Assembly (NCBI GenBank): GCA_044867805.1
Contig: JBIOVQ010000281.1
Coordinates: forward strand, 1-56,425
Direction of reading: 5' to 3'
Source: Burkholderiales bacterium
GTDB lineage: Bacteria; Pseudomonadota; Gammaproteobacteria; Burkholderiales; SG8-41
DNA length: 56,425 nucleotides
Shown: piece by piece, positions 46,564-55,160 of the stretch
Numbering within the stretch: position 1 is the stretch's first letter
Layout: each line of letters starts with the position of its first letter
Position numbers and translations under genes: made by a program
The notes under the pieces: model-generated
Told to the model about the DNA's origin: nothing
The model's input: the letters and a program-made list of their open reading frames with translations, nothing else
The model's database searches: none

Positions 46564-47529
46564 ATGTACGCGGCCCTCAAGAACTCCATCGCGACTCGCC
46601 TGTTCCAGTGGCGCGGCCCCGAGGCAGGGCCCATCGTCCTGGTGCAGCGGCGTGTGTTCATCCTGCCCACGCGCCAGGGAATGGCGTTTGCCCTGGTGCT
46701 GCTGGTCATGCTCATCGGCTCCATCAACTATTCGCTGGGCCTCGGCTTCGTCCTCACCTTCCTGCTCGGGGCGCTCGGCGTCAACGCCATGATCTACACC
46801 TTCCGGAACCTCGCGAACCTGCGGGTGACGGGCGGGCGGGCGCGCCCGGTATTTGCCGGCGACGTCGCGCAGTTCACGGTCCATCTGGAGAACGCCGGCG
46901 AGGCGGACCGCTACGCCATCGGCCTGACCCACGACCGCCAGCATGCGTATTTCGTGGACGTGAAGGCGCGCACTACCGCTTCCGCGATCGCCCGCATACC
47001 CGCCGAGCAGCGCGGCATCTTCAAGCCGGGCCGGCTGAGGCTCTTTACCCGTTTTCCGCTGGGCCTGTATTACGCGTGGGCATACCTCGAGCTCGACATG
47101 CATTGCATCGTGTACCCCCGCCCTGCCCTGCCCGGCTTGCCGCTGCCGCCCGCCATGGCGAGCGCGGGAGCGGGCACCGAGCACGGGCGCGGGCAGGAAG
47201 ATTTTGCCGGCCTGCGGCAGTACCACGTCGGCGACTCTCCCCGTCACATCGCGTGGAAGGCCGCCGCGCGCGACCAGGGCCTCCTCACCAAGCAGTTCGC
47301 CGGACGCGCCGAGACCGAGCTGTGGCTTGACTGGGCGCAGATGCCGCCGCGGATGGGCGCGGAGGAACGGCTGTCTCACCTTGCGCGCTGGGTGCTCGAC
47401 GCGCATGCAGCTGGCCTGTCCTACGGCCTGCGCTTGCCGGCCGAGACGGTGGCAATGGCGGCGGGCGAAGCCCAGCGCGATCGATGCCTCGAAGCCCTCG
47501 CGCTCTACGAGCAAGAGCGTGATTCGTGA
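46564..47529 (+). CDS. DUF58-domain protein (MoxR-associated, vWA-like)
   Basis: GQEDFAGLRQYHVGDSPRHIAWK motif and N-terminal TM helices. It follows moxR. Confidence 0.88.
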   Translation: MYAALKNSIATRLFQWRGPEAGPIVLVQRRVFILPTRQGMAFALVLLVMLIGSINYSLGLGFVLTFLLGALGVNAMIYTFRNLANLRVTGGRARPVFAGDVAQFTVHLENAGEADRYAIGLTHDRQHAYFVDVKARTTASAIARIPAEQRGIFKPGRLRLFTRFPLGLYYAWAYLELDMHCIVYPRPALPGLPLPPAMASAGAGTEHGRGQEDFAGLRQYHVGDSPRHIAWKAAARDQGLLTKQFAGRAETELWLDWAQMPPRMGAEERLSHLARWVLDAHAAGLSYGLRLPAETVAMAAGEAQRDRCLEALALYEQERDS

Positions 47530-47591
47530 TTGGTGATTTGTGATTCGAGATCCCGCGGGAACCTGCTCGATTCACGATTCACGATTCACGG
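47518..47591. repeat. Stutter hairpin of GTGATTC class in the DUF58-tgpA gap, starting inside the last codons of DUF58
   Basis: GTGATTC-GTGATTG-GTGATTT-GTGATTC-GAG, a loop containing the palindrome TCCCGCGGGA, then CTC-GATTCAC x3. Confidence 0.88.
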
Positions 47592-47597
47592 GTTCCA

Positions 47598-49556
47598 ATG
47601 ACTGACGCCAAACAGCCCCTCGCCTGGCAGCACGCGCTATACCTGCTCTTGTCGCTGACGGCTGTGGGAGCGCCGCATGTGCTGCACCTGCCGTGGTGGA
47701 CGGTCGGGTTGGTGGCCGCGCTTCTCGCCTGGCGCGCGTACCTGGGATACGCCCGCAGCACGCTGCCCAATCGCTGGCTGCTGCTGCTGACGGCGCTGGC
47801 GGCCACCGCCGGGGTCTTTCTCAGCTACCGCACCATTTTCGGACGCGAGGCCGGGGTCGCACTGCTGGTGGTCATGCTGGCGCTGAAGACGCTCGAGATG
47901 CGCACGCTGCGCGACGCAATGCTGCTCATCTTCCTCGGCTATTTCCTGGTCATCACCAACCTGCTGTATTCCCAGAGCATCGGCACGGCGCTCTACATGC
48001 TCGCCTGCACGGTATTCATCACCGCGACCATGATCAGCCTCAACTACGCGGACGCCGAGCCGCCGTTCCGCGTGCAGTTGCGCGCCGCCGGGCTGATGCT
48101 GGCGCAGTCGGTGCCGCTGATGCTGGCGCTGTTCCTGCTGTTCCCGCGGGTGTCCGGCCCGCTGTGGGGCATGCCGCGCGACGCGTTCGGGGGCGTGAGC
48201 GGCCTGTCGGACACCATGTCGCCGGGCGGCATTTCGAGCCTCGTGCTGTCGGACGCCGTCGCGTTCAGGGTCAGCTTCGAATCCCCGCTGCCCCGCACGA
48301 GAGACCTCTACTGGCGCGGCCCCCTGATGTGGGATTTCGACGGACGGACGTGGTCGGTGCAGTTCTTTCTCAATACGGCGCCGGGGATCGCGGCCTCCGG
48401 CGAACCGGTGAAGTACGAGGTCACCCTCGAGCCGCACAACCGGCGCTGGATGTTCGCGCTCGACCTCCCCGCCGTCGTGCCGACCGGTGCCGTCGTCAGC
48501 GCCGACTATCACCTCTACGCGGTGCGGCCGGTGAACAACCGCGTGCGCTACGAAATGACCTCGCTGCTCAACGCCAGCTTCGGCGCAGCCGAGAACCAGC
48601 AGGCCCTGAATCGCGCGCTGCACCAGCCCGCGCGCATGAACCCCCGCGCACAGGCGCTTGGGCGCTCGCTGCGGGAAAAGCACGGCGCCAATCACGTGGC
48701 GATCGCGAACGAGATGCTCACCCTGTTTCGCGGACAGGAGTTCCGCTACACGCTCGAGCCGCCGCTGCTGGGCGAGCATCCGGTGGATGAATTCCTGTTC
48801 TCGACGCGGGCCGGGTTCTGCGAGCACTACGCGTCGGCCTTCGCGGCCGTCATGCGCGCGGCAGGGGTTCCCACCCGCATCGTGACCGGCTACCAGGGCG
48901 GCGACTACAGCGCGCTCGGCAGCTATCTGATCGTGCGCCAGGCCGACGCGCACGCCTGGACCGAGATCTGGCTGAAGGACCGCGGGTGGGTGCGGGTCGA
49001 TCCCACTTCAGCCGTGTCCCCCCTGCGGGTCGACACCGGAATCTCGGCCGCGGTGCCGCGGGGCGAGTCGCTGCCGCTGCTGGTGCGTGGAAACGCCGAG
49101 TTCCTGCGGCAGTTGAGGCTCACCTGGGACTACGTGGCGAATGCGTGGAACCAGTGGGTGCTGGGCTACACCCCCGAGCGCCAGCGCTGGCTGCTTTCCA
49201 ACGTCGGAGTGGACAACGCCACCTGGGAAAAGCTGGCCGCGATCCTGTTCTGCCTGGCCGGCGTGATCGTCGCGATGCTCACGGCGCTCGCGCTGCGCCA
49301 GCTCAGGTCGCGCGTGCGCGATCCCGTGAAGATCGTGTATCTCAGGTTCTGCGACAAGCTGCGCCGCAGGGGCCTGCCGCGGGCGGGGGCCGAAGGGCCG
49401 GTCGACTACGCGCGGCGGATAAGGGAACTGCGGCCCGAGCTGACTCCCGCGGTCGACGGGATTACCACGCTCTACGTGGCGCTGCGCTATGGAGCGGAAA
49501 AGAGCGCGGCCGCGCTGCTGGAACTGCAGCAAAGGGTGAGGCAGTTCACGGCTTGA
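47598..49556 (+). CDS. Transglutaminase-like membrane protein (TgpA-type: DUF3488 + transglutaminase core + DUF4129)
   Basis: Six N-terminal TM helices. GFCEHYASAF (catalytic Cys), DAHAWTEIW and VRVDPT form the C-H-D triad context. Confidence 0.88.
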   Translation: MTDAKQPLAWQHALYLLLSLTAVGAPHVLHLPWWTVGLVAALLAWRAYLGYARSTLPNRWLLLLTALAATAGVFLSYRTIFGREAGVALLVVMLALKTLEMRTLRDAMLLIFLGYFLVITNLLYSQSIGTALYMLACTVFITATMISLNYADAEPPFRVQLRAAGLMLAQSVPLMLALFLLFPRVSGPLWGMPRDAFGGVSGLSDTMSPGGISSLVLSDAVAFRVSFESPLPRTRDLYWRGPLMWDFDGRTWSVQFFLNTAPGIAASGEPVKYEVTLEPHNRRWMFALDLPAVVPTGAVVSADYHLYAVRPVNNRVRYEMTSLLNASFGAAENQQALNRALHQPARMNPRAQALGRSLREKHGANHVAIANEMLTLFRGQEFRYTLEPPLLGEHPVDEFLFSTRAGFCEHYASAFAAVMRAAGVPTRIVTGYQGGDYSALGSYLIVRQADAHAWTEIWLKDRGWVRVDPTSAVSPLRVDTGISAAVPRGESLPLLVRGNAEFLRQLRLTWDYVANAWNQWVLGYTPERQRWLLSNVGVDNATWEKLAAILFCLAGVIVAMLTALALRQLRSRVRDPVKIVYLRFCDKLRRRGLPRAGAEGPVDYARRIRELRPELTPAVDGITTLYVALRYGAEKSAAALLELQQRVRQFTA

Positions 49557-49721
49557 TGAAGCGTGACACGATGAACCGTGACACGGTGGAGCGTGACGCG
49601 GTGAAGCGTGACACGATCAAGCGCTCGTAAGTAGTTTACGGAATCCTGTGACGCTGTGTTGCGTCACGCTGTACCGCGTCACGCTCTATCGCGTCACGCA
49701 GTACCGTGTCACGCTTTATCA
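49557..49721. repeat. Largest stutter hairpin: 15-nt unit (TGAAGCGTGACACGA) x4.5, loop, (GCGTCACGCTNTAYC) x4
   Basis: Left arm 49557-49624 (units 1 and 4 identical). Right arm 49662-49721, running into the nlpD stop. It lies between convergent genes. Confidence 0.9.
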
Positions 49722-50633
49722 GACAGGCGGGAGCAGCTTGATGGGATCCGTTGGCTTGCCGAACCGGCGGATCTCGAAGTGCAGCTTGGCCTGGTCGGCA
49801 TCGGCGGTGCCCATTTCGGCGATTCTCTGTCCGCGGGCGACGCTCTGCCCTTCTTTCACCAGCAGCTGGCGGTTATACGCGTAGACGGAAACGAACGTCT
49901 CGTTGTGCTTGATGACGATGAGCTTGCCCAGCCTGCCCAGCGTCCCGGTCGCCGTCCCGCTGAAGATGATGCGCCCCGGCGCGCTGGCCAGCACCGGCTG
50001 CCCCGGCTTCCCGGCAATGCCGATGCCCTTCACCGTGGTTCCGTTGAAGGTGTTCACGACCTTGCCGCTGACCGGCCATGCCCATTGGATGCCGTCCTCG
50101 CCCGCCGCCGCGCGCGGATCGGGTTTCGCTGAGGCATCCGGCTTCGCGCTGGCGAGCTGGTTGTAAGCCTGGTCGGAGTACGGCGCCCGCACTGCCCTGG
50201 GTTGCGTCTTGACGTTGCCACCGGCGGCAGCCGGTCCTTCCCCGAGAGGACGGCCCTCCACTCCCGGAGCGCCCCTGAGGGGCGCGGCAGCCGCCGTGTC
50301 GGGCGGCCTGAGCCGAAGCCGCTGTCCGATGCGGATGACACCGGGGTCGGAGATGCCGTTCCACTGTGCCAGCTCGCGATAATCGAGCCCGTTGTCGAGC
50401 GCGATGCTGTAGAGGGTGTCGCCCTTTCCGATGACATGAAATTCCGGCCGCGTGTCTCCCAGGCGGGGCGCGGTCCTGACGGCAACGGAGGGCTTCTCCG
50501 GCGCGGGGCGGGACCCGGTGCGATCGAACACCGGGGCGCCGGTGCCCGTGCCGCAACCCGCAGCCACCGCGACGGCGAGTATCGCTATGGCCGCGGTGAT
50601 CCGGGATTCGTGATCCACGATCAGATCGCGCAT
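49719..50633 (-). CDS. nlpD: LysM + M23 peptidase lipoprotein (NlpD-like murein DD-endopeptidase family)
   Basis: Lipobox AVAAGCG, LysM (HVIGKGDTLYSIA) and the M23 C-terminal domain. The start is uncertain (ATG 50633 or GTG 50657). Confidence 0.88.
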   Translation of the reverse strand: MRDLIVDHESRITAAIAILAVAVAAGCGTGTGAPVFDRTGSRPAPEKPSVAVRTAPRLGDTRPEFHVIGKGDTLYSIALDNGLDYRELAQWNGISDPGVIRIGQRLRLRPPDTAAAAPLRGAPGVEGRPLGEGPAAAGGNVKTQPRAVRAPYSDQAYNQLASAKPDASAKPDPRAAAGEDGIQWAWPVSGKVVNTFNGTTVKGIGIAGKPGQPVLASAPGRIIFSGTATGTLGRLGKLIVIKHNETFVSVYAYNRQLLVKEGQSVARGQRIAEMGTADADQAKLHFEIRRFGKPTDPIKLLPPV

Positions 50634-50667
50634 GGCTCTTGCCGATTCACGGCTCACGGTTCACGCC
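50595..50667. repeat. Stutter hairpin (GTGATCC-GGGATTC-GTGATCC ... GATTCAC-GGCTCAC-GGTTCAC) enclosing the nlpD start region
   Basis: Arms at 50595-50628 and 50643-50667. The ATG at 50631-50633 sits in the loop. Confidence 0.8.
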
Positions 50668-50727
50668 CTTGTCCGCAAGAAAGGGGCGCTCATCTCCGCT
50701 CGCCGCATGGGAATACCCTGGTCGGGT

Positions 50728-51390
50728 CTACCCGACACCCGGCAACAGGGGAACGAATCTGACCAGGTCCATGCGCCGCTCGATGTAGCCCTTCTCGGTG
50801 CGCTCGATCACGTAAAGATGCTGCTCGCTCCTGCCCGCCAGTGGCAAAACCATTCTACCACCCGGGCCCAGCTGCTCGAGCAGCGCGGCGGGCGCGCGCG
50901 CGGTCGCGGCAGTCATGACGATCGCGTCGAACGGGGCCACTTCCGGCATGCCGGCATGGCCGTCTCCGTGCCGCAGATGGACGTTGGAGACGCCGGCTTC
51001 ACGCAGATTCCTGCGCGCCTTGCGCACCAGCGCGGCGAGCCGCTCGATCGAGTAGACGTGCCTGGCGACCCTGCCGAGCAGCGCGGTCTGGTAACCGCAG
51101 CCGGTTCCGATCTCCAGGACCTTTGCGAGAGCATGACCGTTGCGCGCGAGCTCGGTCATGCGCGCCACCGTGTGCGGGCTCGAGATGGTCTGGCCGAAGC
51201 CGAGGGGCAGCGACATGTCTTCGTAGGCGCGGGTGGCGAGCGCTTCGTCCACGAAAATGTGCCGCGGCAGCGCCCCCATCGCGGCCAGCACGGTCTCGTC
51301 GCGTATGCCCTGCTCGCGCAAGCGCTCGATCATGCGCAGCCGCGTGCGCTGCGAAGTCATCCCGATTCCCGGGTTGCGCCCCGGCGGCAT
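50728..51390 (-). CDS. pcm: Protein-L-isoaspartate O-methyltransferase
   Basis: SAM motif [13 protein letters not shown] and the TISSPHTVA motif. Confidence 0.93.
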   Translation of the reverse strand: MPPGRNPGIGMTSQRTRLRMIERLREQGIRDETVLAAMGALPRHIFVDEALATRAYEDMSLPLGFGQTISSPHTVARMTELARNGHALAKVLEIGTGCGYQTALLGRVARHVYSIERLAALVRKARRNLREAGVSNVHLRHGDGHAGMPEVAPFDAIVMTAATARAPAALLEQLGPGGRMVLPLAGRSEQHLYVIERTEKGYIERRMDLVRFVPLLPGVG

Positions 51391-51433
51391 CAGAATGCGG
51401 CTCCCTGTGAACGCCGGCCGGGTCGCACCCGAT

Positions 51434-51496
51434 AAGGATGAAGGATGAAGGATGAAGGATGACCCAAGTTTCTAGTTTTTCTTTCCGCCCTCATCC
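51434..51496. repeat. (AAGGATG)x4 perfect tandem array with a partial complementary partner CCTCATCC
   Basis: The four exact copies span 51434-51461. The partner lies at 51488-51496, next to the surE stop. It is intercistronic between surE and pcm. Confidence 0.85.
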
Positions 51497-52243
51497 CTAG
51501 GTTCCCACCAGCCAGGTGGTAAGCGCCTCGAGCTGGGAATACCGCGTGAGGTCCATCTGCAGCGGCGTGAGCGACACCCGGTTGTTGGCGATGGCGTGGA
51601 AATCCGTGCCTTCGCCGGCGTCCTCGGCCGCGCCCGCCGCGCCGATCCAGTACACCGTCTCACCGCGCGGCGTCTTGGATTTGATGACCGGCTCCGCCTT
51701 GTGGCGCTTGCCGAGCCGGGTGATCTGCATGCCGCGCAGCTGGTCGTGCTCGACGTCGGGCACGTTGACGTTGAGCAATACCGGCTGGCCGAACGGGCGC
51801 TGCTTGAAGCGCGTCACCAGCTCCACGGCGACGCGCCCCGCGGTGCTCAGGTGCCCGCCGCCCTCCGCGACCAGCGAAATCGCGATCGACGGGATGCCCA
51901 GGAGGAAGCCTTCCGTAGCGGCCGCGACCGTGCCCGAATAGATCGTGTCATCGCCCACGTTGGCGCCGTAGTTGATGCCGGAAATGACGATGTCGGGAAG
52001 CTCCTTCAGGAGGCCGGTCACGGCTATGTGCACGCAGTCGGTCGGCGTCCCGTTCACGAAATGCACCCGGCCCTGCGCGCGGCGCACGGTCAACGGGCGG
52101 TCGAGAGTGAGGGAGTTGCTCGCCCCGCTGCGGTCCCGCTCCGGCGCCACCACGGTCACTTCCCCGAGTGGCGAGAGCACCTCCGCGAGCAGCGTGATGC
52201 CCGGCGAGAAATAGCCGTCGTCGTTGCTGAGCAGGATGCGCAT
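51497..52243 (-). CDS. surE: 5'/3'-nucleotidase SurE
   Basis: Motifs [22 protein letters not shown] and GTDF. Confidence 0.95.
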   Translation of the reverse strand: MRILLSNDDGYFSPGITLLAEVLSPLGEVTVVAPERDRSGASNSLTLDRPLTVRRAQGRVHFVNGTPTDCVHIAVTGLLKELPDIVISGINYGANVGDDTIYSGTVAAATEGFLLGIPSIAISLVAEGGGHLSTAGRVAVELVTRFKQRPFGQPVLLNVNVPDVEHDQLRGMQITRLGKRHKAEPVIKSKTPRGETVYWIGAAGAAEDAGEGTDFHAIANNRVSLTPLQMDLTRYSQLEALTTWLVGT

Positions 52244-52327
52244 CAGGAATTCCGGCCGGCTGCGGCGGCCAGCGACGCGTCCGGGGCAGGGACAGGCGTT
52301 TCGTCGTGGGTCATTGCGGCGCGAAAA

Positions 52328-52336
52328 ATTGTAGCA
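52328..52336 (-). promoter_or_regulatory. Candidate extended -10 (TGCTACAAT) for surE-pcm-nlpD
   Basis: The minus strand reads TGCTACAAT ~85 nt upstream of the surE ATG. There is no well-spaced -35. Confidence 0.3.
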
Positions 52337-52453
52337 CGAGCCGTTCTCAATCCCGGTTCAAGCGACGCCCGGACTCGCCGAAAGGCCAGGGTCGAGGCCC
52401 GCGCGCGAGATTACATCAAAGAGATCGGCCCACGCGGTACGTGCCGCGCCTGC

Positions 52454-53290
52454 TCAGGCAAAGGCTCCAAAAGTCGCGATCGCGAACAGCAGGTCCACGA
52501 TCACCAGCCATGTCAGCGAGCGCAGATAGGCCACGATCTGGGCGCGCGGCACGTCGTTGATGGTTTCGCCCGCGTAGATACCGGCGAAGCACGCAATGGT
52601 GCCGATGATGAGCCCGAAGAGGAACGTCTTCGCCCCCGCAAAGACGAACGCGAGCGGGGAGATCGCCGCCAGCATCAGGTGCATCTGCTCCCTGAACGAC
52701 ACGTTCAGCAGCAGGGTACTGACCGCGAAGCCGCCGGTGACCGAGATGATCTGGTAGAAGAACGTGGCGGCGAGGAGCGACACCGTAAAGGCCACGATCC
52801 GGGGCAGCACGAGGTAATCGCGCGGGTCGATCCGCATGTGCTCCAGGTGCCGCATCTCGCCGCGCACCTTCATGAGCGCGAGCTCGGTGGAAATCACGGT
52901 CGCGCTGCGGCCGATGACGACGATCGCCACGAACAGGGGCGCGGCTTCCGTCACCAGCGTCCACACCAGCATGACGTAGAGGTAGCTGTTGCCGGCACCC
53001 AGCACGCTCGTGGCCTGGGTGACCATCAGCGCCCCGGTGGCGAATGCGAGCAGCGTGATCACGGGAAGCCCCCCCACGCCGACGAAGTACACCTGGCGCT
53101 GGAATACCAGCCGCACCATGGGATTGGCGAGCAGCTTGAGCCGCCGCAGGCAATGTCCGAGCAGCAGCAGGTGGCCGCCGGGGACGGCCCAGCCGGGGAA
53201 GTGGATGCCGGTTGCCGAAAAATCGGCGGACCTGACGGTCTCGTCCGCCGCCACGTCGGCGGCTGTGGGCGGTCCGGAAGTTTCGCTCAC
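52454..53290 (-). CDS. MlaE-family ABC transporter permease
   Basis: Polytopic protein with the motif RSATVISTELALMKVRGEMRHLEHMRIDP, typical of MlaE/YrbE. The start overlaps the upstream stop (ATGA). Confidence 0.88.
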   Translation of the reverse strand: MSETSGPPTAADVAADETVRSADFSATGIHFPGWAVPGGHLLLLGHCLRRLKLLANPMVRLVFQRQVYFVGVGGLPVITLLAFATGALMVTQATSVLGAGNSYLYVMLVWTLVTEAAPLFVAIVVIGRSATVISTELALMKVRGEMRHLEHMRIDPRDYLVLPRIVAFTVSLLAATFFYQIISVTGGFAVSTLLLNVSFREQMHLMLAAISPLAFVFAGAKTFLFGLIIGTIACFAGIYAGETINDVPRAQIVAYLRSLTWLVIVDLLFAIATFGAFA

Positions 53291-54165
53291 CGCAATTTCT
53301 CCAGCAGCCGCGTCGCGGCGTTCTGCTGCTGCCGGTTGCCCGCAGCGCGGCTCACGTCGAGCGCGCGCTGCGCGTAGTCGCGCGCGGAGTCGCGCATTCC
53401 CCGCGCGAGCTCGGCTTCGGCGAGGGCCAGGAGGTCAAGCGCGATCTTGCGCGGCAGCGTGAGCTGCTTGTCTATCTCCAGCGCGCGGGTCAGCAATGCG
53501 ACTGCCTGGGACGGGTCGCCCTGCCGTGACGCCGCGCGTCCGTCGGTGCGCAGCGCATTGGCCTCCTCTTCCCGGTTGCCCTCGGCGCGGCTTGCCGCCA
53601 GAGCCTTCGCCGCCAGGCCGCGCGCCTCGCCCGTCCCGTCGCGCTCGAGCACGACCTGGCCGCGCAGGTTGAGGAGCGCGCTCTGGATCCGGCACTGCGG
53701 CGCCCGGCATTCCTTCTCGGCGCGCGCCAGCCATTGCTCCGCGGCACCGAGATCACCGGCCTGCAGCGCGAGGGAGCTCTTGCGCCCGGCCGCCTCTGCG
53801 ATTATCGGCGCGTCGAAACGCGCGGACGCCGCGAGCACCCGCTCGAGTGCGCGGTGCGCCTGCTCGGGTTCGTCCAGCGCCTGGTGGACGGCAGCCAGGT
53901 TGAGCGCGTTCACGCCGATGGACCGGAAATCCTCGAACGATTCGGCGACGCGCAGCGCTTCACGATAGAGTACCGACGCGCGCCTCAGCTCGCCCCTGCC
54001 GACCGCGCGCTGGGCGCGGTCGTTCAGATCCACGAGCCGCTCGCGCCTGACCTCCACGTCGCTCTGCGCGGGCGGCGCCGATCCGCACGCGGCAAGCCCG
54101 TGAGCGAGGCAGACGAGCAACGCCATGCCCGCCGCGCGCATGCTACCGGTCGCGCGCGCCTTCAA
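53287..54165 (-). CDS. TPR-repeat lipoprotein
   Basis: Lipobox GLAACGS followed by repeated Ala/Leu-rich TPR-like helices. The start may be the later Met at 54141. Confidence 0.65.
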   Translation of the reverse strand: MKARATGSMRAAGMALLVCLAHGLAACGSAPPAQSDVEVRRERLVDLNDRAQRAVGRGELRRASVLYREALRVAESFEDFRSIGVNALNLAAVHQALDEPEQAHRALERVLAASARFDAPIIAEAAGRKSSLALQAGDLGAAEQWLARAEKECRAPQCRIQSALLNLRGQVVLERDGTGEARGLAAKALAASRAEGNREEEANALRTDGRAASRQGDPSQAVALLTRALEIDKQLTLPRKIALDLLALAEAELARGMRDSARDYAQRALDVSRAAGNRQQQNAATRLLEKLR

Positions 54166-55150
54166 CCGGAACCGCCGTCAGGCCGCCGCTGCCGTCGAGC
54201 CGAAGCAGCGATTCCCGCGGCGGCTGCACGACGTCGCGCAGTGGCCACGCGCGCCTGGCGCCGCGCACGACGTCGGTGGTCTCGGACACCAGCCCCCCCG
54301 CGTCGCCGACCAGGCCCGGCAGCTCGCCGGTCGCCATCCCGCGCACCGCCTCGCTCGTCACGCGTATGTTTTCCAGGCTCTGCTCAACCTTCGAGGTGAT
54401 CCCCGGCAGCGCCGCATCGAGCTTCCTCAGCGAAGAGTCCAGCACGGCCAGGGTCGCGCGCGTGTCCTTTACCAGCGCTTCCGTGCCGTCCAGCATGGAG
54501 TGCGCCCGCGCCTCTCCCCTGCCGAGCGCAGCCGCCGCAGAAGCCGTGAGCTCCTTCAATCCCGCGCTGGTCTCTCCCAGGCGCTCCGCGGTCACGTTGA
54601 TATTGCGCATCGCCCGGCGGAAATCGCCCTCGGGGTTGTTGAGATACGCCGTGAATTGCCTGACGTCGGTGATGATCGGGGTGACCTGGTCGAGCAGCTT
54701 GGTGACGGCGCCCTCGATGCCGGGATCGCGCTCGAAGCGCAGGACCGCCCTGTCCTCGATCGCGCCGGTGGCCTCGGTCCCGGGCCGGACTTCGAGGACA
54801 TTGCCGCCGATGACGGCCTCCCGCATCAGCCGCACCGTTCCGTTGTTGAATATCATCGGCGCGTACTTCTCGACGATATCGAGCTCGACCTTGACGCGGC
54901 GATCCGGCTCGATCGAGATGTCCTGGACGGAACCCACCCTGAAGCCGACGAGCTTGACCGCCATGCCCTTGTTCATGCCATCCGCCGTGCTCGCATAGAA
55001 ATAGACTCTTATGGTGCGCGTGAACACGCCCTGATTCTGCGCGAGCAGCAGCGCGGAAAGCACCAGCGATACCACCGCCACGACAAGGAAAATTCTCGAG
55101 GCCAGCGTGATGTCGCGCGCGCCCCGGGTCACTTCGCTGCTGAGCTTCAT
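54143..55150 (-). CDS. MlaD/MCE-domain protein
   Basis: N-terminal TM, then the MCE core GMNKGMAVKLVGFRVGSVQDISI, followed by a long helical C-terminus. Confidence 0.88.
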   Translation of the reverse strand: MKLSSEVTRGARDITLASRIFLVVAVVSLVLSALLLAQNQGVFTRTIRVYFYASTADGMNKGMAVKLVGFRVGSVQDISIEPDRRVKVELDIVEKYAPMIFNNGTVRLMREAVIGGNVLEVRPGTEATGAIEDRAVLRFERDPGIEGAVTKLLDQVTPIITDVRQFTAYLNNPEGDFRRAMRNINVTAERLGETSAGLKELTASAAAALGRGEARAHSMLDGTEALVKDTRATLAVLDSSLRKLDAALPGITSKVEQSLENIRVTSEAVRGMATGELPGLVGDAGGLVSETTDVVRGARRAWPLRDVVQPPRESLLRLDGSGGLTAVPVEGARDR

Positions 55151-55160
55151 GTTCCACCTC

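Noticed and set aside
45523-49556. MoxR-DUF58-transglutaminase (TgpA-like) cluster as a novel system
   Set aside because: This three-gene arrangement is a widely seen, already described module. Only the inserted hairpins are unusual, and they are reported separately.
49648-49884. ORFs translating the 15-nt repeat arms (VTLYRVTLYRVTQYRVT; the 214-aa ORF 48986-49630 ending KRDTMNRDTVERDAVKRDT)
   Set aside because: Their periodic peptide sequence is just the repeat read in frame. They overlap the real tgpA and nlpD genes.
51596-53377. 593-aa plus-strand ORF over surE and mlaE
   Set aside because: It is antisense to two well-supported genes and shows GC-rich shadow composition.
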